A DNA stretch of 62,004 nucleotides, counting the filler, from Hausera hauseri (lineage: Eukaryota): assembly GCA_046269625.1 (NCBI GenBank). It is 11 parts of 11 records of this genome, joined end to end, with 100 filler letters (N's around TTAATTAATTAA, not from the genome) between each part and the next. Parts side by side here need not be neighbours in the genome. Positions count along the whole stretch, not along the records: positions 1 to 4,042 come from JBJURY010799644.1; positions 4,143 to 8,314 come from JBJURY010721546.1; positions 8,415 to 14,386 come from JBJURY010159755.1; 8 more parts are not named here. One strand, written 5' to 3'. How positions within the stretch are numbered: the first letter of the stretch is position 1; every line of letters begins with the position of its first letter. Below the pieces are notes generated by a model. The model was given only the letters and a program-made list of their open reading frames with translations, ran no database searches and was not told the DNA's origin. Below, piece after piece: positions 1-12,700 of the stretch. The position numbers and the translations under genes are program-made.

Positions 1-377
1 ATGGCGTGGGCACGGACGGCAATTATTTGTGTACAACGTGCAATATTTTAATCCAATGCCAGTACCACGACTTTTATGAAATGGACAAGCATCATCTTGG
101 ACCGTTTACGCGGTCCAAGAAGATGATGCTTGCACATTGCCCCACATACTCACGTTATTGTAATAGTAGAGTGCATGATTTTGCTGATTTCCATACTGCA
201 ATGGAGCAGTACTACGGCACAACCACAACGCTGCACGGTAAATAGACCTATGTTTGTCCCGGTTGTTCTATAGTTGATGATAATGACCAAATCAATTATG
301 TGCAATTCTATAATCAGCACAAGGATCAATTAAACCAGTTTAAGCCGTCAAAAAAACAGATATTCATGGACGCAACA

Positions 378-532
378 AAAAGCAACAACAACAACATCCC
401 CTCAGCAACAACAACAACAACAACAAGGAGGAAATATCAAGCATTCACAGGCCTTGACGAATAGGCGCAAAGCAGAAGCAGCAGTAAGCAGTAGCAGAAA
501 CAGCAGGAACAGAAGGAGGAGAAGGAGGAGGA
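378..532 (+). repeat. Low-complexity trinucleotide tracts (CAA, GCA, GAG)
   Basis: Visible runs such as caacaacaac, gcagcagtaagcagtagcag and ggaggagaaggaggagg. Confidence 0.8.
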
Positions 533-539
533 ATTACAC

Positions 540-3335
540 GTTACCGTCAAGTACGATCTAAAGGGATCGAACGTGTACATGAAGGTGGACATGTCCGCGA
601 ACACAAAAAGACAATTGAGTCATGTGCCGTCCATTATATGAAACTGACTGGAAGCTCAAATGGTGAAATTCAAACATTTCAGAGTGCAGCATTATGCACT
701 TGCAGAATTTGAAAACGTGCAATGTGACAGGAAACAATGGTACATGTCACATCGAGCTGTGCCCTATTCAGAGGATTTTATTGGCGACGTAGGAGAAAAG
801 CTGGACGAAAAAATGTTCAGCTATGCGGAAAAGGCAGTGGATGGCGAATAATCAAAATTGTCACTCTCGGCTTTATTATAACAAAGTCGAGTGACATAAT
901 TTACCTGGCCGGACGTCCATTCTTACCGACATCGGAGGCTCTGAAACACTCATATGCGATAATGAATGTGAAAAATACTGATGATGAATACTGTTTTCTA
1001 TACAGTATTCTAGCAGTATTAAAATATAACAAAGTGTCCAGGCAACATACAAATTGTCCAAGTCAGTATCGGCAGTATTTTTCGCAACTGGATTTCGATG
1101 AAAGATAGATGCCGATAAAATTAAAAACAATTGCAACATTTGAACGGCGTAATCCAACACTGGCAATCAACATGTTTCGGTGCAACACAATAATTGAAAT
1201 ACCGGCAGATGAAGAGATATACAAAAATCCACATGTGAATATAATCTACCGCAGTCGAAAACTGAATTGGCAGCCAATATATATGTTGTTGTTGGCGCAA
1301 AAAGAAAAGTTCCATTACGCTGCAGTTACAAATCTAGACAGACTGCTAAACATGGCACATGACCAGTTCATTAAAAAATGAATACAATGTAAATTGTGTC
1401 CTGTATGTTTACACGGATTCAGGTCAGAAACTACATTGGAAAAACATGTGATGCTGTGTAGACAACATTGCTTATGAACAACAATGTACGTCATGACCGT
1501 CAAAAAAGCTTTAAGATTCAGTAACTGGTCAAAAACGGACAATCCGGCATACGTCATATGTGCTGATATCGAAGTAATTCTACCACAACACAACTTGTAT
1601 GACCAGAAGCATGTTCCAATCACAATTGACATGCTGGTTGTGCCTATTAAAGCCGACGTACAATCGCAATACTACGTTTTCCATGGATGGAATTATGTGC
1701 TTGATTCCCTACATCACTTAAATACTATAGCGGAAACGGAAATCGCGCCGTGGTATCGGAATAATAGCACTAAACCTTTGGTCTGGGCAGAGGAATATAA
1801 ACTGCTGCTTTTCGCTACTACCTGAAGCTGGACGTGTACTTGTTGGACGATGTATTCCAGGCGCTTCGGGCTAAAGCGTTGGAGAAAGATAGTTTGGAGC
1901 CGCTTAATTTTTACGTCATACCGGGGATCAGTTGAGCGTCAGCTATAATGTTACTTCATTGGGACACTGAGCTGCTGAAAGACCCGGAAATGTACCGCTT
2001 GTTTTACGTTGGCCTTCGTGACGGAATGACGTTTGTCAACAAATATCACGTAACCAGTGGTAATAATACCACCATCACCACCACATCAATGCTGTACATT
2101 GAAATTAATAACCTGTACGGCTGGGCGCTTTCGCAACCCTTGCCTTAAAGTTCATTTAAATGGGTTGTCGAAAAACAGGAATTGGATTCATTAATAAACA
2201 GTCTGCTAGCAGAAAACACGACAGAAAGCAGCTCAGTCGGCTACCCGATGGACGTTGATCTCGTGGTACCCGATGAGCTGCATGACGCGCTGGATGAATT
2301 GCCAGTGGAACCAGTCAGCCAATATCCGCCCGGCTTAAAAGTAAAGAAGCTGCTCATGACGCATGAACCCAAATCGAATTACGTGGTTCATTGGCGTCTA
2401 CTGCAGTTTTACATGTAGCTCACTGTACGCGTGACACAGCTGCATCGTGCAATACGTTTCAATTAAGCGCCGATATTCAAGGCGTACATTGATGGAAATT
2501 TAGAGAAACGATCCGCAGCTTGTACAAAGTTCGAGAAAGACTATTACAATCTCAAAACAATTCACTGTACAACAAAACAGTGGAGAATCTGAAGAAGCGG
2601 CTCAATATGCTCCTGTGCAACAACAAAAAACGACTGGTTACGTACACCAGCAAGGCTCAGTTCTGACGATCAATGCACATTGCCGATTAATTGGTCGCCA
2701 TGCTTCTAAACACAGGATAATTCGTACTGGACCGGCTAAGCTACATCGGACAAGTGGTATTGGACCTGAACAAGTTGCGAATGTACGAGCTCCAGTATCG
2801 CGACTTGGCACGTTACCTGCAAATGTTAGGCGGCTGTGAGATCAGTATCATTGCCGGTGACACAGACAGTTTTTTCCTTCAGCTGAAAAACATTAATCGA
2901 GAGCAGCTGCCCCGACAAATTATGTCAGATGGACTACTGGACACGTCCAACGACCCGCAAAATCATCCTCTGTACAGCAGCGTGATAACAAACAAAATTG
3001 GTTGATTCAAGGACGAAAGTGAAGGCCGGGTTCAATACAGGGAATGGATATTTTTGCGCCCATAGTGCAACAGTCTACTGACGGACTTTGGACCGAAAAT
3101 GCGGGCAACAGGAGTCCAGCTGAAACAGACGGAAATAAACCACGGTGATTATCGCCGTGTCTATGATGGACAAGAAGAAGGAAAGGCTGTTGTGTCTCAA
3201 ACGACCATACAATCCACTGAGCACCAGCTGTATACCATCACAAATAAAAAGGTTGCTTTGTCATGCAACGATGACAAGCAAAAATGGGTGGGGCGAAATA
3301 ATAGTTGGGTGTTTGGGCATTGGCGGTTGAAGTAA
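540..3335 (+). pseudogene. Polinton/Maverick-type protein-primed family B DNA polymerase, decayed and internally deleted
   Basis: Motifs in the expected order across frameshifted ORFs: NVKNTDDEYCFLYSIL, ICADIEV (Exo I), YIEINNLYGWALSQPLP (motif A), K..NSLY, PAKLH/SYIGQVVLDL, AGDTDSFF (motif C), KIG*FKDE, NKKVALSCNDDK. Many stops and frameshifts. Confidence 0.9.
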
Positions 3336-3599
3336 AGCACATGCACAGTCAGACAACTCAGATGAAGACAGTCAGACCAGTACAATTTATAAACTATGAT
3401 ACTTCCTGTTTTTGATTTTTTCAATAGTGTATATTTGTTCCACGTATTTTGTTTTGTCTTTTTAATTTAACATAGTATTATGTAAGGTATTTAATAAAAA
3501 TAACGAATTAAGAGTAAAGTAAAATCAATAATTTATTAATCATAAAGCACAAAAGGTAAGTCAAATCACACAAAATTTACCAAACTTCAATATATAGGC

Positions 3600-3960
3600 G
3601 ATTTAACGCCACACAGTTCTTTGTAGCCTTTGATTTCAGCGTCAGACAGCCTTTAGCACCTTCGGATGGCAACGTCGTCGCTTCTGCTGTTGCTGTTGTT
3701 GTTACTGTTGTTTAGTCACCACTTGAACGGATAATGTTTTTTACACTGCTTTTGAGTAAAGAAGATGATGTGTCGCGAATATTATTGAACAACACAAAAT
3801 CATTGTTTACGTCTTTTAGCGTACGTTCCATCGTGTCCAAATCACTGTCGATTATTTTCTTTGCCTAAAAACCGTATTTCACCTGTATGAGTTTGACCGC
3901 TTGCGCCAATGACAATTAAATGGGAGTTCGTAGGTAGTTCAATTTGTAGCCATTGTGCAA
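3600..3960 (-). pseudogene. Possible Polinton ATPase-like remnant
   Basis: The minus strand reads LPTNSHLIVIGASGQTHTG, a hydrophobic strand followed by a degenerate Walker A, convergent with PolB. Heavily eroded. Confidence 0.3.
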
Positions 3961-4042
3961 CCAAGACGGTCTGACTGAATACTGATTGTATCGTGGTTGA
4001 CTTGCAGCAGCAACATCAGCAGCAGCATCATTGAATTTGGAT

Positions 4043-4142
4043 NNNNNNNNNNNNNNNNNNNNNNNNNNNNNNNNNNNNNNNNNNNNTTAATTAATTAANN
4101 NNNNNNNNNNNNNNNNNNNNNNNNNNNNNNNNNNNNNNNNNN
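4043..4142. other. Artificial 100-bp contig linker (first of ten; others at 8315-8414, 14387-14486, 20305-20404, 24557-24656, 29292-29391, 33870-33969, 38863-38962, 52398-52497, 57705-57804)
   Basis: Identical N44-TTAATTAATTAA-N44 blocks. The palindromic 12-mer places stop codons in all six frames. Confidence 0.99.
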
Positions 4143-4229
4143 CTTTTTCTCGATGACGTGTTCTCCTCTTATTGGCTTCCTTTCTTCCCTGGGGGGGGGT
4201 TTGGGGAGAAGTCCTCACATCTTACTACT

Positions 4230-5095
4230 TCCGTATTCCCAACTATTATTTTGCTCCACCCACTTTCCCTTGTCATCGTTGCATGACAAAGCAAGCTTTT
4301 TATTTGTGATAGTATACAGCTGGTGCTCAATCGATCGTATGATCGTTTGAGGCACAACAGCCTTTCCTTTTCCGTCTTCTTGTCCATTATAGACACGGCG
4401 ATAATCACCGTGATTTATTTCAACTGGATGCCTTTTGCCCGTATTTTCGGCCCACAGGCCATCAGAAAACTGTAACACTGGGGACAAAAATATTTATTCC
4501 CTGTATTGAACCCGGTCTTCACTTTTGTCCTTCAAGCAGCCGATTTTGTTTGCTATTAAGCTGCTGTACAGCGGATGACCTGGCGGGTAGCTGGACGTGT
4601 CCAGTAGTCCATCTGCCATCATTTGTCGTAGCGGCTGGTCTCAATTGATGTTTTTCGGCTCAAGGAAAAATCTGTCTGTGTCACCGGCAACGATACTTTT
4701 ATCACAGCTGTCGCCGAACATTTGCCGGTAACGTGCCAAGTCGCGATACTGGAGCTCGTATATTCGCAGCTTGCTAGGTCTAATACCACTTGTCCGATGT
4801 AGCTTGGCCGGTCCAGTACTACATCTTCCTTGTTTAGAAGCACGGCGACCAATCCATCGGCAATGTGCATTGACTGCCTGAACTGAGCCTTGCTGGTGTA
4901 CGTAACTAGCCGCTTTTCGTCGTTGCATAGGCGCACAATAAGCCGCTTCTTTAGATTTTTCACTGTTTTCACGTACAGTGAATTGTTTTTGAACTTGTAA
5001 TAGTCCTTTTCGAACTTTGTACAAGCTGCGGCTCGTTTCCCGGAATTTCCATCGATGTACGCCTCGAATATCGGCGCCTGATTAAAGCGGATTGC
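4230..5095 (-). pseudogene. Second copy of the Polinton PolB C-terminal region
   Basis: LDRPSYIGQVVLDL, IVAGDTDRFF, EINHGDYRRVY and NKKLALSCNDDK. Clearly paralogous at nucleotide level to about 2440-3320. Confidence 0.9.
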
Positions 5096-5223
5096 ATGAT
5101 GCAGATATGTGACACGTACAACTTCAAACTGCCACTGCTTTTCTTCCTTCGCTCATATTCATTCTGCCACTTTCCTTTAATTCTTTCGCTAATATCAATA
5201 CGCTCCTGCGTATTGTCCCCTTA

Positions 5224-5652
5224 TTACAAATATTTGGCTAACTGCTCCAGCCTCCGCTTTGTCTCTCTGGGCTTTTCAATTTTTGCTCCTAATGGCCTTT
5301 TGAGAGAACATGTCGTTTCCTTTATTTCCATGGAAATTTTTGACATAATTTCTGATACTTGTCGCGCTTGATTCCTCTTCGCAGTTGTGGAACTTGTGTC
5401 CGACATGTATTCACCGCTCGAATCTTGAGTGAATGCGAGATCTTCACGCACTCTTTGAACGATCGAATTAACTTCTTCATTGGGACTGCCCTCCGATTTG
5501 TCCAATTTGCCTTCTGCATTGTTCACCTTGCCTTCTGCATTATCCATTTTGTTGTCCAAATAGACTTCCGATTGCTTCTGCTTTCCTTCTGCTTTCCATT
5601 CAGATTGCGCTGCTGAGACAATCAATTCTTCCTCCAGAATTTGAGTGTTCAT
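5224..5652 (-). CDS. Hypothetical acidic/coiled-coil protein with short AEGK repeats
   Basis: Open frame of about 140 aa (MNTQILEEE...) containing KAEGK, NAEGK, NAEGK and KSEG. No recognised family. Lies between two Polinton fragments. Confidence 0.35.
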   Translation of the reverse strand: MNTQILEEELIVSAAQSEWKAEGKQKQSEVYLDNKMDNAEGKVNNAEGKLDKSEGSPNEEVNSIVQRVREDLAFTQDSSGEYMSDTSSTTAKRNQARQVSEIMSKISMEIKETTCSLKRPLGAKIEKPRETKRRLEQLAKYL

Positions 5653-6218
5653 TTTTGAGCCCTGAAAAATAAGTGAAAGCAATGAAATATACTGATTTAT
5701 ATATGACTCAGGTATGTGTACACATTTTTGTTTTATGTAATAATAAATATGTTTGTAATCAGATTATTTTGTGTATGTATATATGTAATAATGTTTCATA
5801 ACCATATTGCATAACATTTTCTAGGCGTGTACTTGTGGAATACTATTACATAATTACATGGGTTAATGATAACATTCTCACGTGGACATACAGAAAATTG
5901 CCAATAAATATAACTATATATTTAGTAGAATTTGCCTTACAAACTTAACAATGTCAAATGTAAGTTTTTTACACATTTTTGATTTTTTTTTTAAATTACT
6001 TTTTTAGAAATGCCGACTTTACAAATACTGCACTTCCAAAGTGCATAATAAAGAAATTTGCCACATGATGATAAAAAAATATTATAGGGTTACATTTCAT
6101 GGATCTAATTATTATATATGTCCCTTATGTAAAACTGTTTCAGGAGTTTCTTATTCAGATATTTTAAGCAGTATGGACACCACGTCTCTGCTTTTTATAA
6201 AAACAAAAGGCCATTTTT

Positions 6219-7880
6219 ATGAAACAAAAAGATGAATTGCAGATGGCATGTAATTTATTTAGGCTTAATAATGACAATGGACAATCAACCAGCTCAGCAG
6301 TACAATCAGAAAGAGGACAAAAGCGAAATAGTGCCACTCTGACAGGAGCAGTTAAACAAGGACGACGGAGACATCCTGATGGCGCTTCTTTTAAAAGTCA
6401 GATGCGAAAATTTGTACTACCGGCAACAGGACAAAATACATTTCAGGATTTTCTTGATTTTATTTTTAATGAATCAGTCGGAATATTGGAAGATAATCGG
6501 AGGGAATTGAAATCTATCAAAGTTACTTTAATGTTAGAAGCCATATATACGGACATAGATGATGAGGAAGCAAAAAGAGCATTTAAAACAAACAACAAAC
6601 CAGTTTTGGAACAAAATAATATTACTGCATTTTTTAATAACTATTTCAGACGCTTCATACATGAAGTAGAAGAAAGTCAAGAAAAGAACAGCGGTTGAAC
6701 ACTTTCAGTCATTAAAAATTTAAACATTCGGATACATAAATATTCGCCATGGAGAGGAAGTTCTTACATTAAGCTACCTGACTGGATTGAAAAAAAAGGC
6801 ATGCGTTAATGTTAAGAACGGTGATCAATTTTGTTTCAAATATGCAATTTTATCAAAATTTATAAATCTCAGTTCTCAAAGGGAGCAATTATACAGAGAT
6901 CTTCAGTATGTCTAAGATTTCTCATCTATCAGATTTCCACATCATTTCATGATATTGAGAAATTTGAGAAAATCAATTCAATTTCAATCAATATATTTGC
7001 CATGGATAATTCGTAGAAAATTTATCCACTCAAAGTATGCGAAAGTGAAAAACCGGATTATAAAGACTTGCTTTTACTAAGTGAAGGGGATAATAATCAT
7101 TATGTATGGATCAAAAGCCTTTCACGATTGGTATCCAAACAAATATGTAATCGCAACGGAAATATTGAAGTGTGCAAATGATGCTTGACACATTTCCATA
7201 ATGATACAGATCAAATGAAAATACAAGTACACAGACTGTACTGCAATGAAAAGTAGTGCTTAAGAGCTGATTTTCCAAAGGAGAATTGCATAATGTTTAA
7301 GGAGTATGAAAAAATGCTCAGAGTACCAATAGTCATTTATTGTGGCTTGAAGCAATATTATACCTGATACATGGATGTTATCAAAATCTTCAACAGTCCC
7401 ATTCAACATCTTATCAATTGCATGAATTGTCTTCATTTTGTATGTATGCAAAAGGATTTAATGAAACCCCTTTTTTGTACAGAGATCCAGGAGCCGCTTT
7501 TTATTTATTAAGAGATTGGAACATATCGCAAATGCGCTTCAAAATATGAAATCACAGAGCATGCTTATTACTTTGGCTGAAGAAGCTGAATGGGAAAATG
7601 CCACAAATTGTTATTTATGCAGTAGTAGCTTTACTTTTGATAATCACAAAGTTAAGGATCACTATCATATGGCAGCCTATTTTAGAGGAGCCACATGCAA
7701 TTCGTGTAATTTACGTTGTCGAACAATCAACTTTATTCCTTTTGTTTTTCACAATTTCAGTGGGTATGATTCATACTTCCTTATTAGCGAATTAGGTGAA
7801 GCTGCAGGAAAATTGATATCATCCCTCAAAGTGAGGAGAAATATATACCAATAACAAAACATATGGGAAAAATGAAGATT
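6219..7880 (+). pseudogene. N-terminal half of a second-family Polinton PolB, including the endonuclease-VII-like Zn motif
   Basis: SG*TL..I, RGSSYIKLPDWI, NVKNGDQFCFKYAIL, NHYVWIKSLSRL, CYLC..KVKDHYH..FRGATCNSCNL and FVFHNFSGYDS. Frameshifted. Confidence 0.88.
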
Positions 7881-8049
7881 GCCCAAATGAAGGCTCCTCG
7901 AAACTATATGAAGTACAAAATAAGTTTCCTAAAATGTGCAAGAACAATAGAACTACAGGATCCGGTATCTATGTGACCGACTCAGTTTGGATATCATGTC
8001 AAGGACATTACAGACAAGAATTACATGAAACTGGCTGCAGAACTACAGG

Positions 8050-8314
8050 CAGAAAATTTGGAAGCTGACCTTAACAATTTATTTACAAAGATCGCAAGGC
8101 ATAAAGGGGTCGCAGTAATATTCATTACTCAGAATCTTTTCTATCAGGGAGGTAGTCATCGTACGAGGAATTTAAATATCCATTACTTGGTCATATTCAA
8201 GAACCCGAGAGATCAAACCGTAATGGATTATTTGGCTAGACAAGCATTTCCTCATAATAAGAAATACCTTATAGATGCATTCATGGATGCAACAAGAAAA
8301 CCACATGGGTATCT
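8050..8314 (+). pseudogene. Polinton/Maverick packaging ATPase (A32/FtsK-like), C-terminal part
   Basis: LFTKIARHKGVAVIFITQNLF...RTRNLNIHYLVIFKNPRD...LARQ..P...DATRKPHGY. Cut by the contig end. Confidence 0.88.
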
Positions 8315-8790
8315 NNNNNNNNNNNNNNNNNNNNNNNNNNNNNNNNNNNNNNNNNNNNTTAATTAATTAANNNNNNNNNNNNNNNNNNNNNNNNNNNNNN
8401 NNNNNNNNNNNNNNTTCCATTGTAGCCCAACGGCGCGCCCCCAGGCATATCACCTCTACTTACTCTATCTTTCTTTTTCTACATAACAACTATATACACA
8501 TACACAGCATTGCATTTACACACTGCACCCATTCATAACTTCATCTCTATCTTACTTCACTTTTTTGATTTCTAACTTACATACAACGCATTTCTAGTAC
8601 CCCTCGCTGGAACTCTACAATCTTCCTTAACCCACAGCTGTCTTCACATTCACTTCCGTATCCGTGGTGGAATGTATTCGTCACCCACAATTAAAACCAC
8701 GCACAAATTTACCAAGCCATAGATCCCCGTCATTCATTTACCCAAACATCGCTTCCAACATCTCTGCAAAACATTCCTCACTCATTCACC

Positions 8791-9746
8791 ATGCACCGAA
8801 TATTTCCTCGACAGCCAATATTCTACTCAAACTTGGCTAAAACTGCATCAATTTTGGCTCCAATCACAAAACGTCGTTGACTCTTTATCCAAAGCCAACA
8901 GCCTCTTTATCCATTTACCAGCTTCCATCAAAACTGAAATTACCAATATTATCGATATCCTTCAGCACTCAGATCTATATGTTCAACTTTACAATGCTGT
9001 TTTTAAGCTTACTAATCGATCAATCGATTAAATCATTTAAAGATTCTTTAAAGATAAATCCATGGGCCTCCAAAAGCCTTCTGAATTCTTACGCACATCC
9101 TTGTCTCACCTCAACACCGTTGGCGTAATATCTCAGCATAGCACAGAACTTATTCGCCGTTATTTTTTAAATGCATTGCCCCTTCAAATAAGAGCTTTGC
9201 TCACCGTGGTCGAAGACTCAAAGAGCTCTGGACAAGCTAGCCGAGCTAGCAGACAAAGCATACCAAGTAATGCACTCACACGCAGCACCAACTATCTCTG
9301 CAGCATTATCTACAGACCAACAACAACAAAATGCAATGCTGCAGCAACAATTTGTGCAATTATGCACGGAAAATGAAATGTTACAGAAAACATTTAACAC
9401 GATAAACGACAAACTCAGCAAATTAACGCTGCCCCGATGGGGTTTTTTTAGGGCTACTTCACCTAGTGAATTTAATCAACTTGAAAGACGGTCACCTTCA
9501 CCCGCACTGTCATTAATTTGCTATTATTATAGCAAATTTGGCAACAATGCTCAGAAATGTCGCATAGGTTGCAAATTTTATTCCCCTTATTTTAACACAA
9601 GCAACATCGTCTGCATCTACCACTCAATATTTGACACAAAAGCACAAAAATGCCTACCTGGCTGTACCTACAGCACACACAATAGGACCTACACTAATAA
9701 GCTCAAACAAAACAGTAGGACAAATTCACCAGCTCCAAAAAACTGA
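8791..9746 (+). pseudogene. Gag with tandem CHCC-type zinc motifs
   Basis: CYYYSKFGNNAQKCRIGC and CIYHSIFDTKAQKCLPGC. The frame ends at AAAAAAC-TGA. Confidence 0.8.
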
Positions 9747-9799
9747 TTTTGCCGCTATGATACACGGCAAGTCCTAGCAAAGGTAACAGCCAGCAAAAA

Positions 9800-12700
9800 C
9801 ATAGCCGACACATTTCTTTTTCTCTATTCACGTTGAAAGCAGCAGCAGTCACTCCAACACAGCAAAACATTAACTTTCTTATAGACACCGGCACAGCAAT
9901 CTCTTTCCTGCCACCAACACAACACATCCAACACAATTACACTTCACAAAAGCAACTGTTCACTGCATCCTATGAATCTTTACAAACTTTTGAAGTTACC
10001 ACATTAACATTCACCCTCCCACACTTCATGAACACGTTCACATGAAAATTTACAATAGCCAATGTACGCACCCCTATACTGGGTTCAGACTTTCTGTTCC
10101 ACTACAATTTACTTGTAGATTGCAAACAATGTTCCTTAAAGAGCGGAAATAATCTTAATCAAATCAGCAGCATTTCGATGACCACCCCGGCGATTGCTTC
10201 CAACAAGTCGATACTGAAGCAGTCGACTTCTGATTTATATTATTTTTATAATCATACATTATACCGAAATTTTTACTACGGTGACAAATACGATATTGCC
10301 AACTGCGTGGCACCTATTACTAATAACACAGCTGCCAACATCATCTTCAACACCAACATCCTGCACCAAATACCACCGTGTCACAACACCTTGTCTATAA
10401 CTTATACTTCAACTGCATCCAGTCACGATGCATCGACACTATCGGATAATTTTTCATCGTTGCCCTCTGATTTACAGCAATACATTTCGTCGTTCTGCAT
10501 GCTTCTGTTGCAGAAGGACAAATCTTTCGCACATCAGAGACCAATACGTCAAAAGGTCCATCAGCTATCGCCTCATTGCTTGCAAGCAGTGGAGGCTGAA
10601 TTTCTCGAACTTGAAAAATCAAACATAATCAGAAGATCAAAATCCCCTTGGTTTTCACAACTACATATGGTTCCAAAAAAGATGGTACCTTTCGCCCATG
10701 CGGTGATTACTGCCAACTTAACACCATAACAACAATGGATGCCTACCCTCTACCATTAATCAACGATATCCTTTACAGGCTCTATGGTGCGACCATTTTT
10801 CCCTGCATTGATCCACACAAAGCATAACATCAGATTCCTGTGGCCCCAGTAGACATTCCGAAAACGGCTGTCATTACACCTTTCGGCCTTTTCGAATACC
10901 TCTTTATGCCTTTTGGACTACGTAGCGCTTCTCAGACCTTCCAAGAGCATATTGATAGAGACCTATCAGGCTTAGACTTTGCTTATCCCTACATAGATAA
11001 TATCCTAATTGCATCATCTTCCTCGAAACAACACTCCGAACACTTACGTTTAATCTTCCAACGCTTGCATCAAAACAACTTGCAAATCAATTTCTCTAAA
11101 TGCTCCTTTTTTCAACAGAAGGTCAATTTCTTAGGACATGTTATTAGCTTTTTTGGGCATTAACCTCATACATACCGCATCACACAGCTCAAAAACATAC
11201 AGCTACCATATACATCAACAGAGATGCGTTCTTTCATCGGAACATTGCACTTTATTTATAAATACATTCCACATTGCTCCACTCTAACCACTCCATTTAC
11301 ATAACTAAGCTCTGGCAAGAAGAAACAGCATATTTAATGGACTGCGAAACTAGTCAACGCTTTCTATCACGTCAAAAACAATTTAAAAACCGCAGAAATC
11401 CTGGCCTATCCAGACTCCCATGCAGAATTCTTCTTAACCACGGATGTATCCACAACAGTTGCAGGTGCTGTCCTCCATTAAGTCGAAAATGGATCCCATG
11501 AGCCATTGGAATTCTTTTCACGAAAATTCACAGCACAAGAGCAAAGATATTCCACCTTTGACCCAGAGTTGCTTGCAATTGTCCTTGCCGTAAAACACTT
11601 TAAACATCTGCTAACTGCACGAACTTTTACCATACAAACGGACCACAAGCCCTTGCTTCAATTTCTCACATGAAATCGCCTTCTTCACGCCAGGAGAGGC
11701 AAATATCGTATTTGTCAACATTTAGTTTTGTAATTAAACACCGATACGGAGTGGACAATTTAGTAGCTGACTTTTTATCCAGATTTGTCAGCTCAATTGA
11801 TTTCACACCAATTTTTTTTTCCTCAAAACCAGCCACCTACTGACATTCTTAAGTCTTTTAAATTGTGCAAAACCATCGGCGATGTGGCCTTTGACACTTC
11901 CAAACCTAACAATCCTAAAATCATTCTTTTTGAATCGCTTCAAAAAAAGCATTCAACAGCATCCATTCGTTGAATCATTCCGGTGCCAAGGCCACTTTTC
12001 GACTCTTACAACGCCAAGTAGTATGGCCGTCGATGCGCTCTGACGTACATGCATGGGTTAGGCAGTGTGAGGCATGGCAAAATACAATATAACTAAGCAC
12101 ATAAAGCCACCACTATTTCATTTCTCCTGCATGTCTCGTTTCGAATCTGTTCACATTGACCTTGTAGGCCCATTACCTGTAAACAACGGTTATTAGTTCA
12201 TCCTCACAATGACGGACCGTTCCTCGCGACGGCCAGAGGCTGTTCCGCTTCGGAGCACCAACACAGAAACTATCGCAGACGTTTCCATCCGCAGTTGGAT
12301 CAGTATGCTTGGATCACCCCGCCACATCATTTCAGACCAAGGTCCACAGTTCGAATGCAACCTGTTTAAAGCTTTTTCCAATCGATTGGGAATTAATCAC
12401 ATTCATACGTCATCAAATCATCCCCAATCGAATGGCCTTTTCGAACGCTTTCACCAAACGATGAAAACGTTTTTTAAAATTCTTGCTGAGTCTAATCGTA
12501 GTTGGACCACACTCCTTCCGTACGTTATGCTTGGCTGGCGGAACATACTATTTACTTCTACAGGTTGTTCGCCTGCAAAAGCATTATTTGTTACTTTTAC
12601 CAGATTATTATTCGAGCTGACTGAGCTGCACAATAATCCTGCAGATAAAACCATACAAGCGGCACAGAGACACTTCGTTGAGATTAGCAAAGACTCATTT

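Noticed and set aside
4087-4098. Recurring palindrome TTAATTAATTAA as a biological repeat or array
   Set aside because: It is always centred in an identical 100-bp N block, so it is an artificial linker. ORFs running into the Ns are truncated artefacts.
1-8314. Window as a phage or giant-virus genome because of PolB and the packaging ATPase
   Set aside because: The motifs are Polinton-type and pseudogenised, and they are mixed with LTR elements, LINEs, Tc1 and animal gene fragments.
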